64,000 nt of DNA from Candidatus Limnocylindria bacterium (GTDB taxonomy: Bacteria; Chloroflexota; Limnocylindria; P2-11E), in NCBI GenBank assembly GCA_035708565.1, contig DASSSF010000031.1, positions 10,277-74,276 of the forward strand, given 5' to 3'. The position numbers and the translations under genes are program-made. Below, in pieces: positions 48,655 through 59,639 of this stretch. Each line of letters opens with the position of its first letter. Positions within the stretch are counted from its first letter, which is position 1. The notes under the pieces were generated by a model. It was not told the DNA's origin and ran no database searches. It worked only from the letters and a program-made list of their open reading frames with translations.

Positions 48655-48951
48655 TCACGTCGCGAGCGCGTCGATCCTCCGGGCGAGGTCGATGTCCGCG
48701 AGAGAGATGCCGCTCGCATCGTGCGTCGTGAGCACGATGCGCACGTTCCGGTACCGCTCGACGTGGATGTCGGGGTGGTGGTCAGCGACGGTCGCCGCCT
48801 CGGCAACGGCATTCACGAAGGCGATCGCGTCCTTCCAGCCCTTGCGCCGGTACGTCTTCACGATCGTCTCGCCCAGGCGCTCCCAGCCCTCGAGGCCGGC
48901 CAGCGCGGTCGCGAGACGCTCGTCGTCGATCCGTCGCTCGTCCTCGCGCAT
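48655..48951 (-). CDS. Pterin-4-alpha-carbinolamine dehydratase
   Basis: DHHPDIHVERYRNVRIVLTTHD matches the PCD signature. Confidence 0.75.
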   Translation of the reverse strand: MREDERRIDDERLATALAGLEGWERLGETIVKTYRRKGWKDAIAFVNAVAEAATVADHHPDIHVERYRNVRIVLTTHDASGISLADIDLARRIDALAT

Positions 48952-49133
48952 CGTTCCTCGCCGAGACTAGCGGCCGCTGTCCGGTCGCCGAACGGGTGTA
49001 CCATTCCGGGTCGAACTGACTTTGTGAACTCCCGGCTGTCGGGGCACGCCGCGCTGACGGCCGATCGTGCGTAGGGGCTTCGCCCCGCTCGGCGTCGCTT
49101 CCGCGCACGCGAGCACGGAAAGGAACTTTCGCC

Positions 49134-50666
<1,533 letters not shown>

Positions 50667-50670
50667 GCTG

Positions 50671-51441
50671 ATGCGCGTCCTCTTCGTCGGTGACGTGGTG
50701 GGCCGTCCGGGTCGCGAGGCGTTCACGCGCCTCGCGCCGGAGATCCGCGCCGAGCGGAAGGTCGACCTCGTCATCGTCAACGGCGAGAACGCGGCCGGCG
50801 GCGCCGGCCTCACAGCCGCGATCTACGAGGAGCTGCGCGCCGCGGGCGCCGACGTGGTCACGAACGGGAACCACGTCTGGGACCAGAAGCAGTTCCGCGC
50901 GGAGATCGAGGCCCTCGAGACGGCGATCCGCCCGCTGAACCTGCCGCCGAACAACCCGGGCAGGGGCTGGATCGTCGTCCGGGGCGCGCTCGTGATGAAC
51001 GCGATCGGGCGCACGTTCATGGCTCCCGCCGACGATCCGTTCCGCGGCGTCGACGCGGTCCTCGCGGAGCTCGGCGACCGCGCGCCGAAGGTCCGCATCC
51101 TGGACTGGCACGCCGAGGCGACGAGCGAGAAGATCGCGATGGGCTGGCACCTCGACGGCCGCGTCTCCGCCGTCGTCGGGAGCCACACGCACGTGCCGAC
51201 CGCCGACGCGCGCATCCTCCCGAACGGCACGGCGCTCGTCGCTGACGCCGGCATGGTCGGGCCGCGCGACTCGGTCCTCGGGATGAAGCCGGAGATCATC
51301 GTGGAGCGGTTCCGCACCGGGATGCCGCAGCGCTTCGAGGTCGCGGACGGCGCGGTCGTCTTCAACAGCGTCGTCATCGACGTCGACGACGTGACGGGAA
51401 AGGCCCGCTCGATCGAGCGCCTCGATCGCGAGATCGCCTGA
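50671..51441 (+). CDS. ymdB: YmdB-like metallophosphoesterase (2',3'-cyclic-nucleotide phosphodiesterase family, TIGR00282)
   Basis: MRVLFVGDVVGRPGR...VIVNGENAAGG...GNH. Confidence 0.8.
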   Translation: MRVLFVGDVVGRPGREAFTRLAPEIRAERKVDLVIVNGENAAGGAGLTAAIYEELRAAGADVVTNGNHVWDQKQFRAEIEALETAIRPLNLPPNNPGRGWIVVRGALVMNAIGRTFMAPADDPFRGVDAVLAELGDRAPKVRILDWHAEATSEKIAMGWHLDGRVSAVVGSHTHVPTADARILPNGTALVADAGMVGPRDSVLGMKPEIIVERFRTGMPQRFEVADGAVVFNSVVIDVDDVTGKARSIERLDREIA

Positions 51442-52265
51442 TGCCCCTCGCGTGGCCCGTCGACCTCCACACGCACAGCCTCCGCTCCGACGGCGCCCTC
51501 GAGCCGGCGGAGCTCGTCCGCCGCGCCGGAGCGCGGGGCGTTCGCGTCCAGGCGCTGTCGGACCACGACACGCTCGCGGGCGTCGCCGAGGCGGTCGAGG
51601 TGGGGAAGCAGGCCGGCGTGCGGATCGTCCCGGCGACCGAGCTCAACACCGAGTCCGAGTGGGGCGACGTGCACGTCCTCGGGTACTTCCTCGATCCCGC
51701 CGACGAGGCGCTCGAGCAGCGCCTGCGCTGGCTGCGGGACAACCGCGGCCGGCGGGTGGAGCTCATGGTGGAGCGTCTCAACGCGCTCGGGTACGCGATC
51801 TCGCTCGAACGGATCCTCGAGATGGCGCAGGGAGGGGCGCTCGGGCGCCCGCACCTCGCGGCCGCGCTGTTCGAGAAGGGCTATGTGCCCACGTACGACG
51901 CGGCGTTCGATGCCATCCTCGCGAAGGACTCGCCCGCCTACGTCGCGCGGGTCGGCCTCACCCCAGTCGAAGCCGTCGATCTCGTCCGTAAGCACGGCGG
52001 CGTCCCGTCGCTCGCGCATCCCGGCACGGCCGTGGGGCTCGCCGCGCTCCTCCCGACCCTCGTTACGCACGGCCTCGCGGGCATGGAGTGCTACTACGGC
52101 TCGCACACGCCCGACGAGACGGCCGCGTACCTCGCCCTCGCGAGCCGGCACGGGCTCGTCCCGACCGGCGGCAGCGACTTCCACGGCCGCGGAGAGCACG
52201 GGGCGGATCTCGGCGGTGTCTTCGTGCCGCCGGAGTGTGTGGAGGCGCTCGAAGGCCGCCGCTAG
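51441..52265 (+). CDS. PHP-domain metal-dependent phosphoesterase
   Basis: VDLHTHSLRSDG..., LSDHDT; ATGA overlap with ymdB. Confidence 0.75.
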   Translation: MPLAWPVDLHTHSLRSDGALEPAELVRRAGARGVRVQALSDHDTLAGVAEAVEVGKQAGVRIVPATELNTESEWGDVHVLGYFLDPADEALEQRLRWLRDNRGRRVELMVERLNALGYAISLERILEMAQGGALGRPHLAAALFEKGYVPTYDAAFDAILAKDSPAYVARVGLTPVEAVDLVRKHGGVPSLAHPGTAVGLAALLPTLVTHGLAGMECYYGSHTPDETAAYLALASRHGLVPTGGSDFHGRGEHGADLGGVFVPPECVEALEGRR

Positions 52266-52301
52266 GCGGATAACATCGCCTCCGTGGGGATAGGGGATTA
52301 G

Positions 52302-53180
52302 GTGGCTGGCGCCCTTCGGCCGGTCGTCTTCCTCATGGCGCTCGCCTCCGTCCTGTTCTTCGTGGACGGCATCCTCGACGGCGCCTATCCGGGCGGCGGC
52401 TCCTGGTTCGGCGAGCCGCTCCACTACGGGATCGGCTGGATCTCGTACGTCTTCGCGGTCGCCAACGCCGCGATCGCGGTCTTCATCGCGCGCGGGAGCG
52501 AGGGCACGCTCGTCGCGCGCATCGGGCTCTCGCTCTTCTTCCTCATCGAGCGGCCGGTGACCGCGGTCGCTCTCGGCCCGAAGACCTCGGCCGCGATCGC
52601 CATCCACGGCGCGACGGCGGTCGTCGAGCTCGTCATCCTCCTCGGCGCCGTTCGCGTCTGGCAGCTCGGCCGGAGCGTGTCTTCGCTCGGCGTCGACGAG
52701 GCGTTCGACCTGGACGCGCCGAGCCCCGTCGTGATCGACGCCGAGGACGACGCGCCGCCCTCGACGGGCATCGGCTCGCGCACTTCGTGGGTGATCGGGC
52801 TGCTCACGCTCGTCCTCGCGGGGATCCTCGTCGCCGACGGCATCGCGGCCGGATTCATCCCCGGCGGCCGCGTGTGGGGCCTCGCCGGCGACCAGACGGG
52901 CTGGCTCGTGTACCTCTTCGCGATCGTCGCGCTCTCCGCGGCCGTGCCCGCCGTCCACGGAAGGACGCTCGGCCTCCGGGTCCTCCTCGCGCTCGCGCTC
53001 ATCTTCTTCGTCGAGCGTGCGCTCACGCCGTTCGTCCTCTCGCTGCGCGACGTCACCGGCCTCGCGCTGCACCTCCTCGGCGCCTTCGCCGCGCTCGCGG
53101 TCGCCCTCGCGGCGGCGGGCGCGATCCGCGGCGCCGGCGGCCGCCGCCACGAGCGCTCGGCGTCGCCGCAGGCCGCGTGA
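52302..53180 (+). CDS. Hypothetical integral membrane protein with internally duplicated halves
   Basis: GTG after GGGGATTAG SD; FFLIERPVTAVALGP... and FFVERALTPFVLSLR... are repeated modules. Confidence 0.5.
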   Translation: MAGALRPVVFLMALASVLFFVDGILDGAYPGGGSWFGEPLHYGIGWISYVFAVANAAIAVFIARGSEGTLVARIGLSLFFLIERPVTAVALGPKTSAAIAIHGATAVVELVILLGAVRVWQLGRSVSSLGVDEAFDLDAPSPVVIDAEDDAPPSTGIGSRTSWVIGLLTLVLAGILVADGIAAGFIPGGRVWGLAGDQTGWLVYLFAIVALSAAVPAVHGRTLGLRVLLALALIFFVERALTPFVLSLRDVTGLALHLLGAFAALAVALAAAGAIRGAGGRRHERSASPQAA

Positions 53181-53216
53181 CGTGAAGCGATACCGGCGCC
53201 GCTCGCTGGCCGTCCG

Positions 53217-54176
53217 GTGAACGTCCGCGACGCGACCGCCCGGCTCGTCGAGCAGGTCGGCCGGGTGATCGTCGGCAAGTCGGCGCAGGTCGAGCAGGTC
53301 TTCGCCGCGTTCCTCGTGGACGGGCACGTGCTCGTCGACGACGTGCCGGGCGTGGGCAAGACCACCCTCGCGCGGGCGATCGCGCGGTCGCTGGACCTCG
53401 AGTTCCGCCGCGTGCAGTGCACGCCCGACCTCGTTCCCTCGGACATCACGGGCGTCGCGGTGTACGACCAGCGGGAGGGACGCTTCGAGTTCCGGCAGGG
53501 ACCGATCTTCGCGAACCTCGTCCTCGTCGACGAGATCAACCGCGCGACGCCCCGCGCGCAGTCCGCGCTCCTCGAGGCGATGCAGGAGCGGCAGGTGACG
53601 GTCGACGAGCGCACGCACCGCCTGCCCGAGCCGTTCCTCGTGATCGCGACGCAGAACCCGATCGAGCTCGAGGGCACGTTCCCGCTGCCGGAGGCGCAGC
53701 TCGACCGCTTCCACTCGCTCGTGAAGCTCGGCTACCCGGACGCGGACGAGGAGGACACGATGCTCCGCGTGCACGGCGCGAGGTCCGTCGAGCCCGAGGC
53801 GCTCGCGGCGCTCTTCGACAGCGCCGCGCTCGCGGACCTCCGCGCCCAGGTGCGCGCGGTGAAGGTGGGCGACGCGGTCCGCCGGTACGTCGTCGACCTC
53901 GTCCGCGCGACGCGCGCGGCCGCGGGCGTCGAGCTCGGCGCGAGCCCGCGCGCCGCGATCGCGCTCTTCCGCGCGGCGCAGGCGCATGCCGCGATGCGGG
54001 GGCGGGATCACGCGCTCCCCGACGACGTGAAGTCGCAGGCGGCCCACGTGCTCCGGCACCGGATGTTCCTGTCGCCCGACGCCCAGCTGCGCGGCCGCAC
54101 GACCGCGCAGGTCGTGTCCGAGGTCCTCGGCCGCACGCCCGTGCCCGCGGAGCAGCACGCGGCGCACGCGGGCTGA
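53217..54176 (+). CDS. moxR: MoxR-family AAA+ ATPase
   Basis: GHVLVDDVPGVGKTTLARAIA, LVLVDEINRATP, sensor motifs. Confidence 0.85.
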   Translation: MNVRDATARLVEQVGRVIVGKSAQVEQVFAAFLVDGHVLVDDVPGVGKTTLARAIARSLDLEFRRVQCTPDLVPSDITGVAVYDQREGRFEFRQGPIFANLVLVDEINRATPRAQSALLEAMQERQVTVDERTHRLPEPFLVIATQNPIELEGTFPLPEAQLDRFHSLVKLGYPDADEEDTMLRVHGARSVEPEALAALFDSAALADLRAQVRAVKVGDAVRRYVVDLVRATRAAAGVELGASPRAAIALFRAAQAHAAMRGRDHALPDDVKSQAAHVLRHRMFLSPDAQLRGRTTAQVVSEVLGRTPVPAEQHAAHAG

Positions 54177-55390
54177 TGCCGCGAGCGCGTTCCGGCGCGT
54201 TCCCGTTCGCGGTCGCGGCGGCGCTCGTCGTGGCCGCCGCGGTCACCCGCGCTCCGGCGCTGATCGTCGTCGCGGCGGGCGCGGTCGTGGCGTGGCTCGT
54301 CGTGGAGGCGACCGGCCGCCTGGCGCTCTTCGGCGTCGAGGCGGAGGTCCGGCTCTCGCCGACCCGCATCGTCGCGGGCGAGAGGGTCGAGGCCGTCGTC
54401 GTGGTCGTGAACCGGAAGCCGATCCCGATGCCGTGGATCGACGTACGCCTCGTGCTCCCGGATGGCATCGAGTCGGCGGAGGCGCTCCCGGGCACGCCGA
54501 AGCAGTACGTCACCGCCGGCTACGCGCCGCGCGGTCACGAGCGGGTCACGCTGCGGTTCGAGCTCCTCTCGACGCAGCGCGGCGCGTACACGCTCGGGCC
54601 CCTGCGCGTCAGGGCGGGGGACTGGCTCGGCTTCACCTCCGAGGAGAGGACGACCTTTGAGATCCCCGAGATCGTCGTGCATCCGGCGCCGGTCGCGGCG
54701 CGCGACCGGCGCTTCGCCGCCCTGCGGCCCCTCGCCGAGACGCGCGCGCGCCGCGGGCTCCTGCCCGACCCGCTCCGGTTCCGGGGCGTGCGCGAGCACC
54801 GCCACGGCGACCCGCGCAAGGAGATCCACTGGAAGGCCTCGGCGCGCCTGCGCGCGCTCCAGACGCGCCTGTACGAGCCCGCGTCGAGCCTCGATGCCGT
54901 GTTCCTCGTGAACGTGGCCTCCTACGAGCAGTTCTGGATCCAGGCCGATCCCGAGGCGAGCGAGCTCGTGATCTCCGCGGCCGCCGAGCTCATCCGCGTC
55001 GCCGCGACCGCCGGCCGGCAGGTGGGGCTCATCACGAACGGCATCGATAGCATCACGCACGAGCCGCCGCGCGCCGCTCTCGGCCGCGGGCCGAAGCCCC
55101 TCCACCGGAGCCTCGAGATCCTCGCCCGGCTCGGCCCCTACGCCGCGTCGTCGCCCGAGTGGGCGTTCCTGCGCGAGCGGGGCCGCCTGCCGTGGGGCGC
55201 GACGCTCATCGTCGTCACGCCGCGGATCGGTCCCGGGCTGGCGTCCGCGTGCATCGCGCTCCACCGCGCGCAGCACCGCGTCGCGGTGCTGTGCGTGATG
55301 GCGGCCGACGAGGCGGTGTCGTCGCAGCTCCGCGCGGCGGGCATCACGGTCGACGACCTCGGCGCCGCGCGCTTCGCGGCGGCGGTCTAG
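54176..55390 (+). CDS. DUF58 domain protein (MoxR-associated, vWA-like)
   Basis: N-terminal TM pair; DUF58 core ...RGVREHRHGDPRKEIHWKASAR...; TGATG overlap with moxR. Confidence 0.75.
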   Translation: MPRARSGAFPFAVAAALVVAAAVTRAPALIVVAAGAVVAWLVVEATGRLALFGVEAEVRLSPTRIVAGERVEAVVVVVNRKPIPMPWIDVRLVLPDGIESAEALPGTPKQYVTAGYAPRGHERVTLRFELLSTQRGAYTLGPLRVRAGDWLGFTSEERTTFEIPEIVVHPAPVAARDRRFAALRPLAETRARRGLLPDPLRFRGVREHRHGDPRKEIHWKASARLRALQTRLYEPASSLDAVFLVNVASYEQFWIQADPEASELVISAAAELIRVAATAGRQVGLITNGIDSITHEPPRAALGRGPKPLHRSLEILARLGPYAASSPEWAFLRERGRLPWGATLIVVTPRIGPGLASACIALHRAQHRVAVLCVMAADEAVSSQLRAAGITVDDLGAARFAAAV

Positions 55391-56715
55391 TGCGCGGCGC
55401 GCTCACCGCGCTCCTCGTCTCGCGCGCGATCGTGGAAGGCCTCGCTGTCGCGTGCCTCGCGGCGACGCTGCACGCTGTCTTCGGGGCCCGGCCGCCGCTC
55501 CCGATCGGCGACGCCGTGCTCGTTTCATGCGGCGGGGCGCTCATGCTCGTCGCGCTGCTGCGGGAGCAGCGCAGCGACCGGGGGAGCCGGATCCTCACCG
55601 CGACGGTCATCGGCGGCGCGGCGCTCCTCGGCGTCCTCGCGGCGCCCGCGCGCGCCGACGGGATCGAGCGCCTCGGACGGCTCGTCGGGTTCGGCATCCT
55701 CGGCGAGATCCTCCTGTGGCGGACGCTCACGATCTCGCGCGGGCTCTCGTCATGGCAGCAGGCACGCGGCGCCGTGTCGCTCGCGGCCCTCGCCGTCGTC
55801 CTCGCGAGCGTCGTGCCCGGCGTCGACGCCGGGGCGCTTCCGCCGTTCGTCCTGCTCGGCATCGCGGCCGCGGGCGTCGCGCTCTCCCTCTCGCGGTCCG
55901 CGGAGGAGCTCGAGCTCGCGGGCACGCGCGCCCGGGGCGGCCCGAGCGCCCGGTCAGCGGCGTCGGCCGCTCTCGCGCTCGGCGCGCTCGCGCTCGCGGC
56001 CGCGGCGTTCGCGCCGTCGCTGCGCGCGCTCGCGGCGGCGGCGACCGAGGCCGTCGCGCCGGTCCTCGGCACGATCGCGTACTGGCTCGTGCTGCCGTTC
56101 GCGTACCTCGCGGCCGCGCTCGTCTACCTGCTCGAGCCGCTGTTCCGGCGGATCGCGGAGATCATGTTCAGCCGCCCGCTCGTCCAGACGCCCCCGGTCG
56201 ACGTCGAGGAGGAGCGCCGGATGCTCGAGGCGGTCCAGGCGACGCGCCCGATCGTGGTCGGCGCCGTCGAGATCGTCGTCATGGTCGCCGCGCTGATCGT
56301 CGCCGTGATCATCGTCGAGCGGATGACGCGCGAGCGCCGCTCCCATCTGCCGGCCGGCGCGACCATCGAGCGCGAGGCGGCCGCGGGCTTCGGCCTCGGG
56401 CCGCTCCTGGGCGCCCTCCGGCCCCGCCGCGGCGGCCGGCGCCGCGCGCCGCGCGACGACGGCACCGCCTCGTCGAAGGTGCGCGTCCTCTACTGGCGCT
56501 TCCTGGAGGCGGCGGAGCGCGCGGGCGCGGGCTGGCGCGCGACCGCGGAGACGCCGACGGAGCACCACGCGCGGATCAGCGCCGCGGACGCGCGGTGGGC
56601 CGGCGCCGAGCCGATCGTCCGTGCGTTCGAGCGCGTGCGGTACGCGGAGGAGGAGCCCGCGCCGGCCGCCGTCGCGCGGGCTCGCGCCGCGCTCGAGGGG
56701 CTCGCATCGCGCTGA
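55390..56715 (+). CDS. DUF4129-like multi-TM protein (third member of the MoxR/DUF58 triad)
   Basis: Many TM helices; C-terminal VRVLYWRFLEAAERAGAGWRATAETPTEH typical of DUF4129; GTG overlaps the DUF58 stop. Confidence 0.55.
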   Translation: MRGALTALLVSRAIVEGLAVACLAATLHAVFGARPPLPIGDAVLVSCGGALMLVALLREQRSDRGSRILTATVIGGAALLGVLAAPARADGIERLGRLVGFGILGEILLWRTLTISRGLSSWQQARGAVSLAALAVVLASVVPGVDAGALPPFVLLGIAAAGVALSLSRSAEELELAGTRARGGPSARSAASAALALGALALAAAAFAPSLRALAAAATEAVAPVLGTIAYWLVLPFAYLAAALVYLLEPLFRRIAEIMFSRPLVQTPPVDVEEERRMLEAVQATRPIVVGAVEIVVMVAALIVAVIIVERMTRERRSHLPAGATIEREAAAGFGLGPLLGALRPRRGGRRRAPRDDGTASSKVRVLYWRFLEAAERAGAGWRATAETPTEHHARISAADARWAGAEPIVRAFERVRYAEEEPAPAAVARARAALEGLASR

Positions 56716-57602
56716 GGCTCGTCGCCATCGTCGGCCCGACGGCGTCGGGCAAGACCCACCTCGCGCTCCGCGCGGCCGAGCGCCTGGGCGCGGAGATCGT
56801 GTCGGCGGACTCGCGGCTCGTGTACCGCGCGATGGACATCGCCACGGCGAAGCCGACGCGCGAGGAGCGTGCCCGCGTCCCGCACCACCTCATCGACGTC
56901 GCCGACCCCGGGGAGCGCTACGACGCGGCGCGCTACCAGCGCGAGGCGCGCGCCGCGCTCGACGCGATCGAGGCGCGCGGCAGGCCCGCGCTCCTCGTGG
57001 GCGGAACGGGGCTCTACGTCCGCGCGGTCCTGGACGGCCTGGACCTCGCCTCCGTCCCGACCGACCCCGACGTCCGAGCCCGGCTCGAGGAGCTCGCGGC
57101 GCGCGGGGGCGAGGCCGCCCTCCGCGAGCGCCTGCGCGGCCTCGACGCGGCGGCGGAGGCGGCGGTGCCGAGGGGCAACGTGCGCCGTCTCGTGCGGTAC
57201 CTCGAGATCGCGATGCTCCGCGGCGCCGTCGCGTCGGCGCGGCGCAGGGGCGAGGGCATCGCGTCGCGCCGCATCGGGCTCGCTCCGCCGATCGCGGCGA
57301 TCGACGAGCGCATCGTCCGGCGCGTGCGGGCGATGGTGGATGCCGGGGTGCTCGACGAGACGCGCGCGCTCGTGGAGCGCGGGATCGACCCGCGCCTTCC
57401 GAGCATGACGGCGCACGGGTACGTCCACTGGGCCGCGCACCTGCGCGGCGAGATCTCGCTCGACGACGCGATGGATCGCACGATCCGCGATACGCGGGCG
57501 TACGCTCGACGGCAGATGACGTGGTTCCGCGCCGACCCGCGCGTCGAGTGGGTCGACCCGACCGAGCGCGATCCGCTGCCGCTCGTCGCGGAGGCCGCGT
57601 GA
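56712..57602 (+). CDS. miaA: tRNA dimethylallyltransferase; start uncertain (no canonical start near the N-terminus; CTG at 56712 inferred)
   Basis: IVGPTASGKT P-loop 5 residues in; DSRLVYRAMDIATAKPT. Confidence 0.7.
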   Translation: MRLVAIVGPTASGKTHLALRAAERLGAEIVSADSRLVYRAMDIATAKPTREERARVPHHLIDVADPGERYDAARYQREARAALDAIEARGRPALLVGGTGLYVRAVLDGLDLASVPTDPDVRARLEELAARGGEAALRERLRGLDAAAEAAVPRGNVRRLVRYLEIAMLRGAVASARRRGEGIASRRIGLAPPIAAIDERIVRRVRAMVDAGVLDETRALVERGIDPRLPSMTAHGYVHWAAHLRGEISLDDAMDRTIRDTRAYARRQMTWFRADPRVEWVDPTERDPLPLVAEAA

Positions 57603-58348
57603 GGTTCACGAAGATGCACGGCTGCGGGAACGACTTCATCCTCGTCGACGGCCCATGGTCGCCGGACGCGTCGCGCGTGCGCGCGCTGTGCGACCGGCGG
57701 ACGGGCATCGGCGCCGACGGCGTCATCGTCGTCGACCCCGTACGGGACGGGCGCTGGCCCGTGACCGTCCACAACAGCGACGGCTCGATCGCCGACGCGT
57801 GCGGCAACGGGTACCGCTGCGTCGGCCGCTACCTGCTCGAGCGCCACGGCGGCGATGCCGTCGTGCTCGGCACGCCGGCGGGCGACGTCCGCGCCTGGCG
57901 TGAGGACGGCGCGTACGCGCTGCTCCTGCCGCCGCCCAGGGTCGAGGACGCCGTCACCGTCGAGCACGACGGCGCCACGCTCGCTGGACGCTCGGTGCGG
58001 GTCGGCAACCCGAACGTCGTGCTGTTCGTGGACGAGCCCAACGACGTGGATCTCGAGCGGGTGGCCGACGCGGCGCGAGCGCTCAGGGGACCCGCGAACG
58101 TCGGCGTGGCCGCCGTCCGCTCGCGCGACCTGCTGAGCCTGCGCGTGCACGAGCGCGGAGCGGGGGAGACGCTCGCGTGCGGCACGGGATCGTGCGCCGC
58201 GGTCGCGGCCGCGATCGCCGAGCGCCACGTCGCGGCCGCGACCGTCGCGGTCGACGTGCCCGGAGGGCGCCTCCGCGTGACCCCGCGCGACGACGGCTGG
58301 GTCCTCCAGGGGCCGGCTGAGCGCGTCTTCGAGGGCACGCTCCCATGA
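57599..58348 (+). CDS. dapF: Diaminopimelate epimerase
   Basis: VRFTKMHGCGNDFILVD...GNGYRC...LACGTGSCAA (both active-site Cys); GTGA overlap with miaA. Confidence 0.85.
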   Translation: MRFTKMHGCGNDFILVDGPWSPDASRVRALCDRRTGIGADGVIVVDPVRDGRWPVTVHNSDGSIADACGNGYRCVGRYLLERHGGDAVVLGTPAGDVRAWREDGAYALLLPPPRVEDAVTVEHDGATLAGRSVRVGNPNVVLFVDEPNDVDLERVADAARALRGPANVGVAAVRSRDLLSLRVHERGAGETLACGTGSCAAVAAAIAERHVAAATVAVDVPGGRLRVTPRDDGWVLQGPAERVFEGTLP

Positions 58349-59616
58349 TCGAGACGCACCAGCCCGCGGAGCGCGCGTTCCTCATCGGCCTCGACCTGCC
58401 CCGCGCGCGCTTCGACCCCGAGGATTCGCTCGACGAGCTCGCCACGCTCGTCGCGGCGGCCGGCGGGGAGGTCGTCGGGCGCGCCGTCCAGCGGCGCGGC
58501 GCGCCGGACCCGCGGACGTGGATCGGCAAGGGGAAGGTCGTCGAGATCTCCGGCGCGGCGAAGCGGGAGCGGGCAGACCTCATCGTCGCGGACGAGGAGC
58601 TCACGCCGGCGCAGCAGCGCAACCTCGAGAAGGAGCTCGGCGTTCGGGTCGTCGACCGCTCGGGCGTGATCCTCGACATCTTCGCGAGGCACGCCCGCAC
58701 GAAGGAGGGCAGGGTCCAGGTCGAGCTCGCCCAGCTCCAGTACATGCTCCCGCGCCTCCGCGGCATGTGGCAGCACCTCGAGCGGCTCGGAGGCGGCGTC
58801 GGGACGCGCGGTCCCGGCGAGACGCAGCTCGAGAGCGACCGCCGCGTCGTCGAGCGCCGCCTCATGGACCTCCGGGGCCGTCTCGCCGAGGTGCAGAAGC
58901 AGCGCGCCGCCGCGCGCCGGTCGCGCGCGCGCGACGCGCTCTTCCTCGCGTCCCTCGTGGGCTACACGAACGCGGGGAAGTCGACGCTGATGAACGCGCT
59001 GTCGGGGGCCGGCGTGCTCGTCGCCGACCAGCCGTTCGCCACGCTCGATCCCACGACGCGGCGGGCGCAGATGCCGAACGGGACGGTCGTGCTCCTGTCC
59101 GACACCGTGGGCTTCGTGAACAAGCTGCCGCCCGCGCTCGTCGCGGCCTTCCGCGCCACGCTCGAGGAGCTCGACGACGCGAGCCTGCTCGTGCACGTCG
59201 TGGACGCCGCGCACCCGAACGTGCACGAGCGGATCGCGGTGGTCAACGAGACGCTCGCCTCGCTCGGGCTCGCGGACCGCCGCACGCTCCTCGTCCTCAA
59301 CCAGGCCGACCGGCTGCGCGGCCCCGAGGGCGAGGCGCTGCGCGAGGCGCTCTCCGCGGAATTCCCGGCTGCGGTCTTCACGTCGGCGAAGACCGGAGAG
59401 GGCCTCGAGGCGCTCCGCACCCGCATCGCGGCGGAGGCGACCGCAGGGTGGCGCACCGTGAAGGTCCTCGTACCGTACGCCGCGGGCGGGCTCGTGCAGC
59501 GGGTGCGCGAGCGCGGCGCCCTCCATCGCGAGGAGCACACCGAGCACGGCATCAGGATCGAGGCCGAGGTGCCGCCGTCGCTCGCGGCGGAGCTCGACGG
59601 AGCGCGCCTCGGCTAG
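58345..59616 (+). CDS. hflX: GTPase HflX
   Basis: N-terminal HflX domain; G1 GYTNAGKST, G3 DTVGF, G4 NQAD; ATGA overlap with dapF. Confidence 0.85.
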   Translation: MIETHQPAERAFLIGLDLPRARFDPEDSLDELATLVAAAGGEVVGRAVQRRGAPDPRTWIGKGKVVEISGAAKRERADLIVADEELTPAQQRNLEKELGVRVVDRSGVILDIFARHARTKEGRVQVELAQLQYMLPRLRGMWQHLERLGGGVGTRGPGETQLESDRRVVERRLMDLRGRLAEVQKQRAAARRSRARDALFLASLVGYTNAGKSTLMNALSGAGVLVADQPFATLDPTTRRAQMPNGTVVLLSDTVGFVNKLPPALVAAFRATLEELDDASLLVHVVDAAHPNVHERIAVVNETLASLGLADRRTLLVLNQADRLRGPEGEALREALSAEFPAAVFTSAKTGEGLEALRTRIAAEATAGWRTVKVLVPYAAGGLVQRVRERGALHREEHTEHGIRIEAEVPPSLAAELDGARLG

Positions 59617-59639
59617 CCTGCCCGCCGCCGAGCCGTGAT

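Noticed and set aside
48985-49010. GAAC-TGAC-TTTGT-GAAC upstream of rny, resembling a Cheo box
   Set aside because: The half-sites are direct repeats, not inverted, and there is no GTTC half-site.
50823-54167. 1114-aa minus-strand ORF across ymdB, PHP, the membrane protein and moxR
   Set aside because: Arg/Glu/Asp-rich nonsense composition. The plus-strand genes have clear family signatures.
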